This document shows positions 33,301 to 44,915 of a stretch of DNA of 64,000 nt, one piece after another. Each line of letters begins with the position of its first letter. Positions within the stretch are counted from its first letter, which is position 1. The position numbers and the translations under genes are program-made. The stretch is from an uncultured bacterium (GTDB lineage: Bacteria > Verrucomicrobiota > Verrucomicrobiia > Limisphaerales > UBA8199): contig CAVVMW010000005.1 in assembly GCA_963749495.1 (NCBI GenBank), forward strand, positions 224,001-288,000. The letters run 5' to 3'. Under the pieces are notes generated by a model. It saw only the letters and a list, made by a program, of their open reading frames with translations. It was not told the DNA's origin and ran no database searches.

Positions 33301-34124
33301 ATGCGCCTATTAGAAGCCATCATTGACGCCAATCACCGGGCGCTGGCCGGTGACACCTCGGCGGGAGTACACCCGGCGGACTTCGAGAGCGAGTTGCCGC
33401 TGGTGGCGCTGACGTGCATTGACGTGCGGCTCAACCGTCTGCTGCCGCAGGTGCTGGGCGTGGCCGAGGAGCAATTCATCTGGCTGCGCAACGCGGGCAA
33501 CATCATCACCGGCCCGCTCAGCAGCACCATGCGCTCGCTGGCGCTGGCCTGCGCGCTTAAAGGCGGCAAGAGCATCGCGGTCATTGGGCACACCGACTGC
33601 CAGGTGGGCAAATTCACCACGATGCAGTTGATTGAGCGTTTTGGCGCCCTGGGCATCCATCGCGATCGGCTCCCTGAAAACGTCAACGAGTACTTCGGCA
33701 CGTTCGCCAGCGAGCGCGCCAACATTATCAAGGCCGTCAATTTCATCCGGCGCAGCCCGGTCATCAGCCCCAGGATGGCTGTGCACGGCCTGCTGGTGGA
33801 CATCCAGACGGGCCGGCTCGAGTGGCTGGTCAACGGCTACCAGGCCCTCGAGGCCCTGGGGGCGCAACTGCCGGAGCACGCCGCCCAACCGGGGCCTGTC
33901 GGGACGATTGGCCCCTTCGACCCCTCCGCATTGAAGTTCCCCGAGGTGCAGATCGGCCAAACGTCCTCGCTCGCGGGCGCTTGGCCGGGGAGCCGGATCG
34001 AGCCGCTCCCGCGCCGGACCCTGCGCCGCCCGACCCGCCGCAGCCCCAGCGCCAGCCGCCCCCGAAAATCCCCTTGCCCCCGCTCATCAAGCCCAAGCTG
34101 TATTTCCGCCGGGGGCCGAAGTGA
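33301..34124 (+). CDS. Beta-class carbonic anhydrase with Pro-rich tail (frameshift near 34010)
   Basis: TCIDVRL, RNAGN and GHTDC zinc-ligand motifs. Confidence 0.88.
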
Positions 34125-34275
34125 CCGCACGATGCTGGACCTCGGCCGGCGGCACCGGACGCCGGTGGAAGCATCTTCGGACTGGTCAGACTCGTCGGAC
34201 TGGTCAGACGGCGTGGGCCGCGCGTGCTCGGCGGCTTTAGCTTTCAGCGCACAGCCTCCGCCCCCCCGCCTCCGT

Positions 34276-35498
34276 TCACGGCGCCAGCAACTGCTGCACA
34301 GCGATGCCGCGCAACTCGAAGAGCGGCGGATGGCGTCCTCGATCAGGTTGTTGGGACAGGAGGCCCCGGCGGTGATGCCGGCGGTGACGTTGCCCGGAGG
34401 CAGCCAGTTGCGCGTCTCGACCTCCGCGTGCTTGTGCTGGTCGTAGTGGAGGATGAGGCGGTCGGATTTCATCTTGGCGGCGTTCTTGATGAAATAGGTG
34501 GGCAGCTTGGCCTCGCCCATCTCCGCCAGGTGCGAGGTGTTCGAGGAATTATAGCCGCCGATGACCAGGAGCAGGTCCGGCGGCTCGCGCAGGAGCTTCT
34601 CCAGGGCGTCCTGCCGGTCCTGCGTCGCGCCGCAGATGGTGTCGAAGAAACGGAAGTGCTTGTCCAGCGCCTCGGGGCCGAACCGGGCGGTCATCGCCGC
34701 CTTCAAACGGCGCTGGACATCTTCGGTCTCGCCCCGCAGCATCGTGGTCTGGTTGGCCACCCCAATCGCCTGCAGGTGCACATCGGGGTCGAACCCCTCG
34801 GAGTAGGCCCCTTTGAACCGGTCCAGGAACTCCTCCTTCCTGCCGCCATGGACGATGTAATTGCAGACGTAATCGGTCTCCGCCAGGGTGAAGACCACCA
34901 GGTAATGCCCTGCCCCGCTGGCGCGCGCCTGCGAAGTGGTGGCCATCGTCTCCTCGTGCCGCGCCTTGCCGTGGATGATGCTGGTGACCGAGTCCTTGGA
35001 GTACTGGCGCACGCGTTTCCAGACGCTCATCACGTCCCCGCAGGTCGTATCGACAAACAGGCACCCCTTGGCCTCCAGCTTCCGGCGCGTCGAGACCTCC
35101 GTGCCGAAGGCCGGCACAATCACGATGTCCTCGGGCTGCAATTGGTTAATCTCCTCGTCCCGCGGGTGGCCTGAGATGGTGACGATGCCCATCCGGCGCA
35201 ATTGGTCGTTCACCTCCGGGTTATGGATGATCTCCCCCAGCAGAAAGATCCGGCGGCCAGGGTAGGCGCGGCAGGCGGCGTAGGCCAGGTCGATCGCCCG
35301 CTCCACGCCGTAACAGAACCCAAATTCCTTCGCCAGTTTGATCGTCAGGTCCCCGGCCGAGAGGATATGCCCGTTGGCGCGAATCCGCTCGACCAGGTCG
35401 CTCCGGTAATGCGAGAGCACCTGCGCCTGGACCGCCGCCATAATATCCGGGCGGCGCAGGTTCACCTTCTGTGGCACTGTTGGGGCTTCCGTTGACAT
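34276..35498 (-). CDS. ispH: 4-hydroxy-3-methylbut-2-enyl diphosphate reductase (frameshift near 34325)
   Basis: GFCYGVERA, IIHNPEVN, DTTCGDV, NQTTM, DTICGATQDRQ, GGYNSSNT, TAGASCP. Confidence 0.97.
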
Positions 35499-35600
35499 GC
35501 GCCACGAACTCTAACACAGCCCCCCGGCGCGTCCAGACCCATTTCATTTCATTTCGTTATTGCGCATCCCCGCCCGTATGGGATATTCAAGCCCCGGCGT

Positions 35601-35677
35601 CGGAGCGTAGCTCAGCCTGGTAGAGCACTTGGTTTGGGACCAAGACGTCGCAGGTTCAAATCCTGTCGCTCCGACCA
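35601..35677 (+). tRNA. tRNA-Pro (anticodon TGG)
   Basis: cggagcg acceptor stem pairing with cgctccg, anticodon arm cttgg-tttggga-ccaag, GGTTCAAATCC T-arm, encoded CCA. Confidence 0.97.
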
Positions 35678-35864
35678 CCTTTCCAGCCCCGGAAATCCTT
35701 CGTCTGCCCGCAGCGTTGATGAACTCCGCGCACGCCCAGGATGCGCCGGGACTTGATCATCAGCAAACTCATCTTGAACCAGCGGCATGGAATCCGCGCG
35801 CCCACCGGTTCGGTTCTCCCGGCGCGCGGGCAAAGCCTGGTCTCCGTGCGGGACATAGATCGGT

Positions 35865-36460
35865 CCTCTCAAGGTTCCGCTGTTCGCCCCGAATTGCGGA
35901 TCTTCGCCAGCAGTTCGCCCAACTCCCGGACCTTTTCCGGGCGACTGGCTGCCAGGTCGTTGAATTGATCGGCCATGTCCTCATGAAAAAGGTCGAGACG
36001 TCGCCATCAACAGCTTTGGAGAAATCCCTGCCGGCATTATCACGGGAGCCGGTAGTCCCGAAAGGAGTGCCGCGAATTTGCTGGTCGCCGGCGTTAAACT
36101 CCCCTTCGGCTACGTTGCCCCAGGAACCATTGGGGGCCTGGTACTTGATGAAGCGGTAGAGCACCGGCGTCGCCAGGACTAACTCACTCCAGTTCACGCT
36201 CCTCAGCCGCGCACAATGGGTTCGATGGCGATGAAGTTGATGAGATCGTAACGCTTCTCGGCAAGGACAGGGTAGCCGAGTCGAATCAGGCCCTGCGGTT
36301 CGCCGGTCCGAAACCCTCCCGGCGCCACCGCCCATAGTAAGCCGCCCCGAAGCCCCCAAACCGGCTGGTTGGTGCTCAGTCCTGGGCGAAGTCAATCGGC
36401 CCCGTCGGCAATTAAAGATGCCGCCAGTAAAAGTCCGAAGGTGAACAGGTGATTCATCCT
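35865..36460 (-). pseudogene. Mosaic of three fused gene fragments (secreted hypothetical N-terminus, carbohydrate-binding-like repeat, sulfatase-like C-terminus)
   Basis: MNHLFTFGLLLAASLIADGAD*LRPGLSTNQPVWGLRGGLLW..; YRFIKYQAPNGSWGNVAE..FSKAVDGDVSTFF; FNDLAASRPEKVRELGELLAKIRNSGR. Confidence 0.5.
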
Positions 36461-36845
36461 GCGGGCTTTGCTCGCGATCGGCGGCATCGCCTTGAGAGTG
36501 TGTTCGGTCTGAAACTGCGCCACGGCTCGAGGATATGCCAACGCGGCCCGCGACGCCACCTTCTGGCTGGTTGCTCCGGCCGCCGCCGTGAGGCCCGGAG
36601 CCGGATGGCTGCAAGCATCGAGGGTCTTCGGCGTCTCGATGACGAGCCATTGGCTCGCGGATTTCGTGGCGGGAGCGGTCCTCGGAACGGTGGCGGCGGG
36701 GTTTCTTTTCTCTTGCGTTGGCAGGGGATTTCGTGACCATCGAGCCCATGGCGATTCGAGCCGGGAATCCAATTGCGGGTGATGGAGGTCTGGCTTGTCG
36801 CTCTTCCACTCGCATACTCCCACTCAATAACGAGAGGCAAATCCT

Positions 36846-38457
36846 ATGAGTCATTCTGGCATGATAAACCGAAGGAGCGGGCAACGGCTGGCCGGCAGCA
36901 ACCGCAGGGAGTTCCTCAGCAAGGTCACTTTGGCGGCCATTATGGGGGGCAGCCGAGTTTGGCCCGCGGGGCTCGCCCTGGGAGCGCCGTCATCGGAAGA
37001 AAAGCCTGGCGCGGGGACTAAACGCGTGTTCTTCGCCAAGTTCATGCACGAGACCAACACATTCCATCCGCTGAGAACAACCCAATACACGTTTTTCAAT
37101 ACCAACCCCGGGCCGCCGTCAATGTTGGCGGACTGGCAGAGGAACGGTATGACCCCGATACCCGGCCTCGGCGCGGAACCGGACGGCGGGGGAACGGTGG
37201 AGGGCAATGCCTGCCGCGGCGCCGTCGCGCGGATCGTCAAGTCGTTGCGCGAGGCAATGCCGGTCAACGGTGTGTTCTTGCAGCTCCATGGGGCGATGTT
37301 CGCGGAGGGCGTTGGGGCGGGGGAGACGCTGCTGGTCCAGGAAGTCCGGCGTGCGGTCGGTCCACGGACGCCAATTGCCTGCACGTTCGATCTACACGGC
37401 AACATCCCGGCCCGGTTGGCCCAGGCGGGCGACATCCTGGTCGGATTCAAAACCGCGCCGCACACGGATCAGGAAGAGACGGCCCGAACATGCCGGCGCG
37501 CTCCTGCGCGATGCGCTCTACGGCAAGATCAGGCCGGTTTCCCACGTCCTTCCTATCCCGATCATCGTCCAGGGTGAAAAGGCGATGACCACAGCCGAGC
37601 CAGCCCGCTCGCTGGTGGCTGAGGCGCGTCGGCTCGAACAGGAAGGGGTCCCGGGACACAAGGAAAAGATCCTCGCCGTGACGCTTTTCGTCGGGTGTGC
37701 CTGGACCGATTCGCCCGACACCGGGATGTCGGTGGCCGTCACTGCGGACGGGTCGGCCGCGGCCGCCCGGGCCGCGGCCGTGCATCTCGCGCGAAAGGTG
37801 TGGGACGCGCGGCGGCAGTTCGCCTATGGTTGCGCGAGTGCCGAGCTGGCCGACGGGGTCGCCCAGGCGCTGGCAGCCAAAGAGTTGACGGTCTTTCTGA
37901 CCGACAGCGGCGACAATGTGACAGCCAGCGCTCCGGGGGATTTGCCGCTGGTGTTGCGGCACCTGGTGGAACAGAAAGTGCCCGATGCGGTGGTGGCTGA
38001 TCTGTACGACGCGGCAGCCACCCGGCGTTGTTTTGATGCTGGCGAGGGCAAACGCCTCCGGCTCGTAATCGGAGCGACGATTGAAAGACGCCATGGCCCA
38101 CCTTTCGAAGCGGAAGCTGAGGTGGTGCGGCTTGTGCAGGGAAAACCTCGCCTGGCGATCGTCCGCATCGGCGGTGTGCAAGCCATCCTGAGCGAAGAGA
38201 TCGTGTCATTCAGGTCTCCCGAACAATTCCGCGCCTGCGGCCTCGATGCCCTGGCCCACAAGATTGTCGTCGTCAAGCAGGGCTACCTCTATCCCAAGCT
38301 CTCGAAGGTCGCTCCGCGCCACATCATGCTCTTGACCCCCGGCGCGGCGGATATGCGGATCGAAAAACTGCGCTACGTGAGACGGCGCAAGCCTTTGTTT
38401 CCGCTCGAACCGGAAGCGAGCTTCGACCCTGAATCATCCGCTTACGCCCCAGCGTGA
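36846..38457 (+). CDS. M81/MlrC-family metallopeptidase with Tat signal (frameshift near 37490)
   Basis: NRREFL, HETNTF, LQLHGAM, DLHGN, PHTD, DSGDNVTA, VVKQGYL. Confidence 0.9.
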
Positions 38458-38478
38458 ACATCGTAGCAGAGCAACACG

Positions 38479-40720
38479 TCATTCCAGAGGAGCTTCCTCG
38501 ATATGTACCGTTTCCTGGAGCGGCGTGCTCCGCGAAGAGCCGCCGACGAAGATGCTGTAATTGCCCGGCAGGGTCTCCCATTGGTCCTTGCCGGCGTTGA
38601 ACACGGACAGGGCTAACGGATCGATCTTTAAGTTGACCGTCTTGGTCTGACCGGGACGCAGCGGAACTTTTTCCCACGCGGCCAGGCGCTTGGGCGGTTC
38701 GCCCGCGTTGTCCGGCAACGCAACATACACCTGCGCAATCTCGTCTCCAGAGACCCGGCCCGTGTTGGTCACCTTGAAGTTCACCTGCACGTTCTTGCCG
38801 GTTGTGGTCTTGAGATTCGTGTACGCATACGTGGTGTAGGAAAGCCCGAAGCCGAATGGCAAGAGCGGTTGCTTCGCTTCGGCATCGAACCATTTGTAGC
38901 CCACCTTGAGCCCTTCGGCGTAGCGGATGTCGAAGGATGACGGGGGCCGCCGCCGCCCCGCGGCGCCTCCAGCGCCCGGCTCCGAAGCCGGGGGTGGGCC
39001 AGGCAGTTGCACCTCCGGCAAATCTGCCTCGCTCCTGGGGAAGGTGACGGGCAGCTTGGCCGACGGGTTCACGTCGCCAAAGAGAACATTGGCGATGGCC
39101 TCGCCGCCGCGAATCCCCGGATACCAGGCCTCGATGGCCGCCGCCGCGCGCTCGATCCAGGGCATCGTCACCGGGCCGCCGGTCTCCAGCACCACGATCG
39201 TGCGCGGGTTGGCGGCAGCGACCTGGGCGACCAATTGGTCCTGATTATCGGGCAGAGACAGGTTCGAGACGTCCCGGCCTTCCGTGGTGTGCTGATGGAG
39301 GAATACAATTGCGATGTCGGAAGCCGAGGCGAGCTTCGCCGCCGCGGCGAGGTCGGCGCCGGTGTCATACTCCACCTTGACATTGGGCGCCTTGGCGCGA
39401 ATGGCTTTGAGCGGCGAGGAGGGGTGCCAGAAGGCGTGCCCATCTGGGACGGCGTTCCCGCCGGCCGGGTCCACCTGGTCCGAGCCTCCACCCGAGAGCA
39501 CGCCGGCATCGGCGTGGGAGCCGATGACAGCGATTGAGGAGACGCCGGCGGTTTTCAGCGGCAACAGCCCATCGGCATTCTTCAGCAGCACAAGGCTCGC
39601 CTCGGCAACGTGCTGGGCCGCCTCGGCGCCCGTGAACGGGTTCACGGGCCTGAGCACGCGAGGTTCGTCCAGCACGCCCAAGGCAAACTCCGTGCGCAGA
39701 ATGCGGTGGACCATGTCGTCCAGGCGCGCCAAAGGCACTTCCCCCTTCTCGACCGCGGCTTTGAGCGCCGCTCCCAGGAACTGGTCTCCCGGCATCTCCT
39801 GATCGAAGCCAGCCAGCGCGGATTGCACCGTGCTGTGGGTGGCTCCCCAATCCGACATGACCCAGCCCTTGAAACCCCAGGTTTTCTTGAGCAACTCGTT
39901 TAGCAAATAAGCGTTCTCGCAAGCAAACTCGCCGTTGACGCGGCTGTAAGCCCCCATCACGGTCCCCACTTCTGATTCCTTGATCGCGATCTCGAATGCC
40001 AGGAGGTCAGTCTCCCGCATGGTTCGCTTGTCCATGACGACGCTGTAAACTGTCCGGCCGGTTTCCTGGTCGTTCAGGGCATAGCGGTTGATGTTGGCGA
40101 CCACCCCCTGGTCCTGGGTAGCCTTCAACTCCTGGGCGATCATCTTGCCGATGAGGATCGGATCTTCGCCGAAGCACTCAAAGTTCCGGCCGTTCCGCGG
40201 GTCGCGGACCAGATTCGCCGTCCCGCCCAGCGAGACATGGAACCCCAAATCGCGGCATTCCTTGCCTAAGAGCGTCCCAAAGTCGCGGGCCAGCTTCAGG
40301 TCCCAAGTGGCGGCCAAAGCGAGTGCCGAAGGCAAAGCGGTGGCGTAGCGGCCGCGCCCCGCGCCGCGGCCAACCCCCGATCTCCCGTCCGTCATCTGGA
40401 TGTCGAGGATGCCCAGGCGCGGGATTCCCGGGGCGAAGCCGGCGCCGCCCAGCCACTGCGCAGGCGCAGGCGGATTGCCTCTCCACACGTCCAGCCCGTG
40501 TACCAGGTTCACCTTCTCATCGAGGGTCATCTGCTCCATCACCAAAGCCGCCCTCCGGTCGGGCGATAGGCTCTTGTCCATCCAAGGGTGCTTGGGCGTT
40601 TTGCCTTGCGCCTGGTCCGGACCTTGGGGAAAGGCCGCAAGGGCACTCGATAGCAGGACCGCTGCCATGACTGTTCTCCCCAGCAGGCCCCGGACCATGC
40701 GGTGCGCGTGACGTGGCTTC
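38479..40720 (-). CDS. GH3 beta-glucosidase
   Basis: GRNFECFGEDP, VMSDWG, AWYPG, PFGFGLSYT and a C-terminal fibronectin-III-like domain. Confidence 0.95.
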
Positions 40721-40897
40721 ATTCTCCTCCGGTTCGAGGCTGTATTGGGCGAAGTCGAGATTGAATTTGACATGGCCTGATTCTAATAAGGCGCCCAAAC
40801 TGGTGTAAAGCCGCCGCTTGCAGAGACCTGTAGCGGCTCACGGTTTCCGCCCCCACCACCCGACAACGGCATTGCACTGGTCCTTCCTGGTATCGCC

Positions 40898-42540
40898 TCA
40901 CTCCACCACCAGCAGGTCCGTCACCTCGCCCATGGGCATGGTCACCTCAAAGCCGCGTTGATCCTGCGCCTTGAACTTCAGCTCTCCCGTTCGCAATGAC
41001 CGCACTTTGCTCACCGGCACCGGCGAGCGGAACTGCACCACCATGTTGTCTGCCAGCTCGCCGCTGAAATTGGCCAACAGCACCACGCCCTTCTGCTGTG
41101 TCCACAGCGGCCAGGCAAGAATCTGGCTGACCGATGTGCTCGCCGGCGGTTGCGCGCCGGCCTGCAATGCGAACGCGGTAATCGCCTCCCGCCGCTGATC
41201 GGCAGGAAACACGATCGCCTTTGCCAGCTTTCCCTCGACCTCGCGCGCGCCGTCCATGTAATCCTTCCCAACCGTGCGCGGCGCAACGCACATCAACCCG
41301 GCCCCGTGGGCAGTCTGATACAACTCCGTCGCGGGACCCTGGCGCGTGATGGTTGTCTGGCGCGCGAAGATAGGCCGGCGCCAGTCGTCCACTTTGATCG
41401 GCTCGCCCCATCCCTTGAGGTCCCCTGCTGGTTTCCACGCGCGGGACTGCGCGCCGAGCATCGGGTTCCAGATCTCCGTCGGCGTGTTGTACTCATCGCG
41501 CAGCCCAGCCCACCCGCTGCACCAGAGCCGCCCGCCCGAGCGCACCCACTGCTCGAGCGCTACGGCCGCCGCGGCCGGCACCGACTCGTTGACCACGTAA
41601 CAACACCTGTAGCCCCGCGCCGCGAAGCGCCCGTCCGCGATTTCCTCGTCCGAGACGATGTCCACCGGCAACCCCGCGTGCAGCAGGGCCAGATAGACCA
41701 TCATCTGCTCGCACTGCTCGGTGTCGTCCTCTTTCCACACCGGCCAGCTTCGCGAATACAACAGCGCAACCTGCGCTCGCGGCGCCCGGCCATCGGCCAG
41801 AAGGTCGTCCACCTGCCCCAGATCGCGGGTCAACTCGCCCACGCCCTGAACCATGGGGAGGTTGTCCGCCCAGTCATCGAAGAAGGTGTAAGCCGGGCCA
41901 TAGTAGTAGAAGTCGAAGATCTTCGCCTCGCGCGCCAGGCACGCAAACGTCCGCAGCTTGACCGCCGTCCGATTCGCGTCGCGCGTGATGTAGCAGCCCA
42001 GCGGCGGCTCGGCTGGCCGGGCCGCTGCGCGCGACCAGTCCATCAGCAGCGTGTTCAGCTCCATCGGCACCCGGGGATTCCCGTTGCCGCACCAGTCTTC
42101 GTTGAAGCCGAGCGACACGCCGCGCAGCTTCCCGAATTCAAACGCGTCGATCCCCCGCGGCAGTGTCCCATAGTCATACCACCAGGGCGGCCCGAAATTC
42201 ACCCGCGTGCCCACGCCAGGCGCGAGCTTCTCCACTTCCCGCGTGGCCAGCGCGTAGAGCCGCGCGGTCGAGTGATTCCAGAAGACGGAGGACCAGTAGA
42301 AGAGTCGGCGGGAGTGGAGGGTTGCGGGGCGATTCTCGAGGGTCGTTTTTCCGGCCACCTGGTCGCGTATCTTGAAGAACTCGCGCCAGTTCAGCCGCGG
42401 CGCAGCGACCTCGTCCCATGACTGGCGGCCGAAAAACTCCGGCGCAAGTCCGCGCTGCCGCAGGAACGAGTCTGAAGCGTGCTGGCGCAGGCGCCTTGAA
42501 GATGCGATGCCATGTACGGTTTTCTCGACTGTTTCCTTCA
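40898..42540 (-). pseudogene. GH42/beta-galactosidase-trimerisation-like protein, apparently lacking its N-terminus
   Basis: AQVALLYS, VYLALLHAGLPVD, LEQWVRSGG, RDEYN; no convincing start or signal peptide. Confidence 0.6.
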
Positions 42541-42557
42541 CTTTAGCGTTTAGCCTT

Positions 42558-44158
42558 TCACTTCGTCGGCGTCGCCTCCAGTACCACGACCTCAAACGGC
42601 TGGAGCTTGATCCTTGCGCCGCTCCCGGCGGCCACAGTTATGGCCGGCTTGTGCGCGTCTTCGGCCCAGGCGCTCTTTAGCTTAAATCCCGTGCGCGCGC
42701 CGGGCGGCAGCTCAAAAACCACCTCCGGGTCCATTACAAACTCCTGGGGCCGCTCGTCGGGGTTTCGCAGCATCACTATCCCTTTGCGCGGCCTCCACGA
42801 AGCGTAACCGTACACCTCGAGCTTGGAAGGGTTGCCGCCAAGCCAATGCGTATCCAATTGACATAAAGGCCGGGGTCTTTCTGGCGCAACTCGAGCATGA
42901 GCTGGCGCATGGCTTGGGTGTCCCGGGAATAATCGGCGCCGCCGCTGGCGTACATGCCGGCGGCGATCCCATCGAACTTGAAGTGATTGACGCCGTATTT
43001 CCGGATCATCCCCACGCAGGCGTTCTTGAAGGCTGCGTAATACTTCGGCCCGGCCAGGGAGAAGCCGGCGGCATTGGTTTCGTAGCCTTGCGCAGAGCCG
43101 AACCTCAGCCGCTGCTCTTTGGGTTGGCCGTAGCCCCCGAAAGGCGAGAGCCAGACGCCCAGCCGCGTGTGGTATTGACCGCACCTCTCGGCCAGGGGGG
43201 TGAAACCGCGCGGAAAACCGCGATGAAACTGCCAAAGCGTCCTGGGATCGTCCCAACCGTCGTCGAACACGATGGCGTCCATCTTCACGCGATGCGGCTT
43301 GAGGAACCGCTCGCCCAGAAGCTCTATGGCCTCCAGGCAGTTGGTTTGGTTCAGGGCAAACGGTTCCCAGGCGATGTCGTACCACGAATTGTAATGCAAA
43401 AAAGGGCGGTAGGGATGGGCGCGCTCCCGTTCGAGATAATAAAGGAACGCGCGCCGCATCTGCCCCGGGGACGCCACGCCCAGGACGAAACTCTGGCGTT
43501 CCCCACGGGAGAGCGGCGCATCCCGGCGCAGCCGGCAACCCGACCGCGCATGGGGGTCCTCCAGCCCGTAGAAAAAGTTGCCCGCCACAACCGGGGAGCC
43601 GTCAACCTGCCCCGCCTCTTCACTGCCGGGAATCGGTTGCGCCAGCCAACCCATTTCCTTCACTGCCCGATTCGCGTCGCCGACCGTCACCTCGATCTCC
43701 TGCCGAAAGTAATTCGCGTTATCCAATGCCAACGCTCGCCAGGTCACGCCGAATTGCCCATCGGCCGAGAGCAACGGCAGCTCCACCTGCCAGCCCCGGC
43801 ACCACGCCGCAAGCCGCGCAGCCTTGCTATCCGGCCTAAACCGGCTCACCCGTGGCTTCCCTTGTGGCGCCAGGCCCGACGCTGCGTAACGGCGCCCGTC
43901 CGCGAACGTGACCTCAAAGAGCTCGCCGGTGAAACTCAGGCTCTGGTTCTGGCCGAGGGCGGCAACCGATACCAGCTTTATCCCTTCGTCCGTCGTCACC
44001 CACGATGCTTTCAAGAGCCGGTTGCCCGCCGAGATGGTCCGCCCCTGGCACTCGATCCTCGCCGGGCCGGGGGCTTGGCCTGGCAAACCCTCCAGCCCAA
44101 ACGTGCCGGCATCGGCAGGAAGGCAAGTGAACATCAATGCGCTTGCGATTAGGGCCAT
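42558..44158 (-). pseudogene. GH36/alpha-galactosidase-like ('enterotoxin'-annotated family) gene with internal deletion
   Basis: RAHPYRPFLHYNSWYD, FDDGWDD, WLSPFGGY and FKFDG, then an abrupt out-of-frame jump at ~42860 to DTHWLGGNP..YGYASW. Confidence 0.7.
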
Positions 44159-44252
44159 TGACCCAGAGCTGAGCCCAAGGCGTCGACAAGCCCCCAGCCC
44201 ATGATACAGTATTAAATATCTGACGGATAGTTTAACACTATATCATTTGCCT

Positions 44253-44915
44253 ATGACGCCTCCACGGCCCGCGACCGAGCGCCTGGAAAAATTGTTCCAC
44301 CGCCGCAAGTGCTGGATGCTCGACCAACTCGCCGAGGCTCTCGGCTACGCCCTGATCTCGGTGCGCCGCTTCCTCAAGCAGGTCGGCTACTTCAGGAGTT
44401 ACACCCAGAACGGCAAGTGGTACACTCTGCGCGATTCCCCAGACTTTGACCGAGATGGCCTGTGGCACTACAGAGGGATCGGCTTTTCCAAACACGGCAG
44501 TCTCACCGCCACCATTGATCACCTGGTCGGACGCAGCCCCGCCGGACTGTCCGCCAGCGAACTGACCGGGAAGTTGCAACACCCCTGTCACGCCGTTTTG
44601 AGCCAACTGCACAAGGCGGGCCGATTGGATCGTCTCCGGCTCTCAGGCCAGTTTCGCTACCTGGCGGCCGACCCGCACCTCAATCGCCAGCAGCGCGAGC
44701 AAGCCGCCTTCGCGCAAGCCACCAGCCCCACGGCCGCGCTGAGCACGCAAACCGCCCTCTGGGTCTTGGTGGAATACATCAAGGAGCCCGCACTGAGCTT
44801 CGAGCAGATCGCCACCCGGCTCCGAGAGCAACGTAACCTCGCCGTGGCTCCCGAGAGCATCCAGCGCTTCTTCCAGGAACACGGTCTAAAAAAAACGCCC
44901 CAGGCACCCAACTGA
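44253..44915 (+). CDS. IS orfA (DNA-binding-like)
   Basis: GYFRSYTQNGKWYTL..FSKHGSL; ends LKKT at an A8 run. Confidence 0.8.
   Translation: MTPPRPATERLEKLFHRRKCWMLDQLAEALGYALISVRRFLKQVGYFRSYTQNGKWYTLRDSPDFDRDGLWHYRGIGFSKHGSLTATIDHLVGRSPAGLSASELTGKLQHPCHAVLSQLHKAGRLDRLRLSGQFRYLAADPHLNRQQREQAAFAQATSPTAALSTQTALWVLVEYIKEPALSFEQIATRLREQRNLAVAPESIQRFFQEHGLKKTPQAPN

Noticed and set aside
34178..34210. tcggactggtcagac 9/18-bp repeat between carbonic anhydrase and ispH
   Set aside because: Only about two 18-bp units between convergent genes; too short to assign a function.
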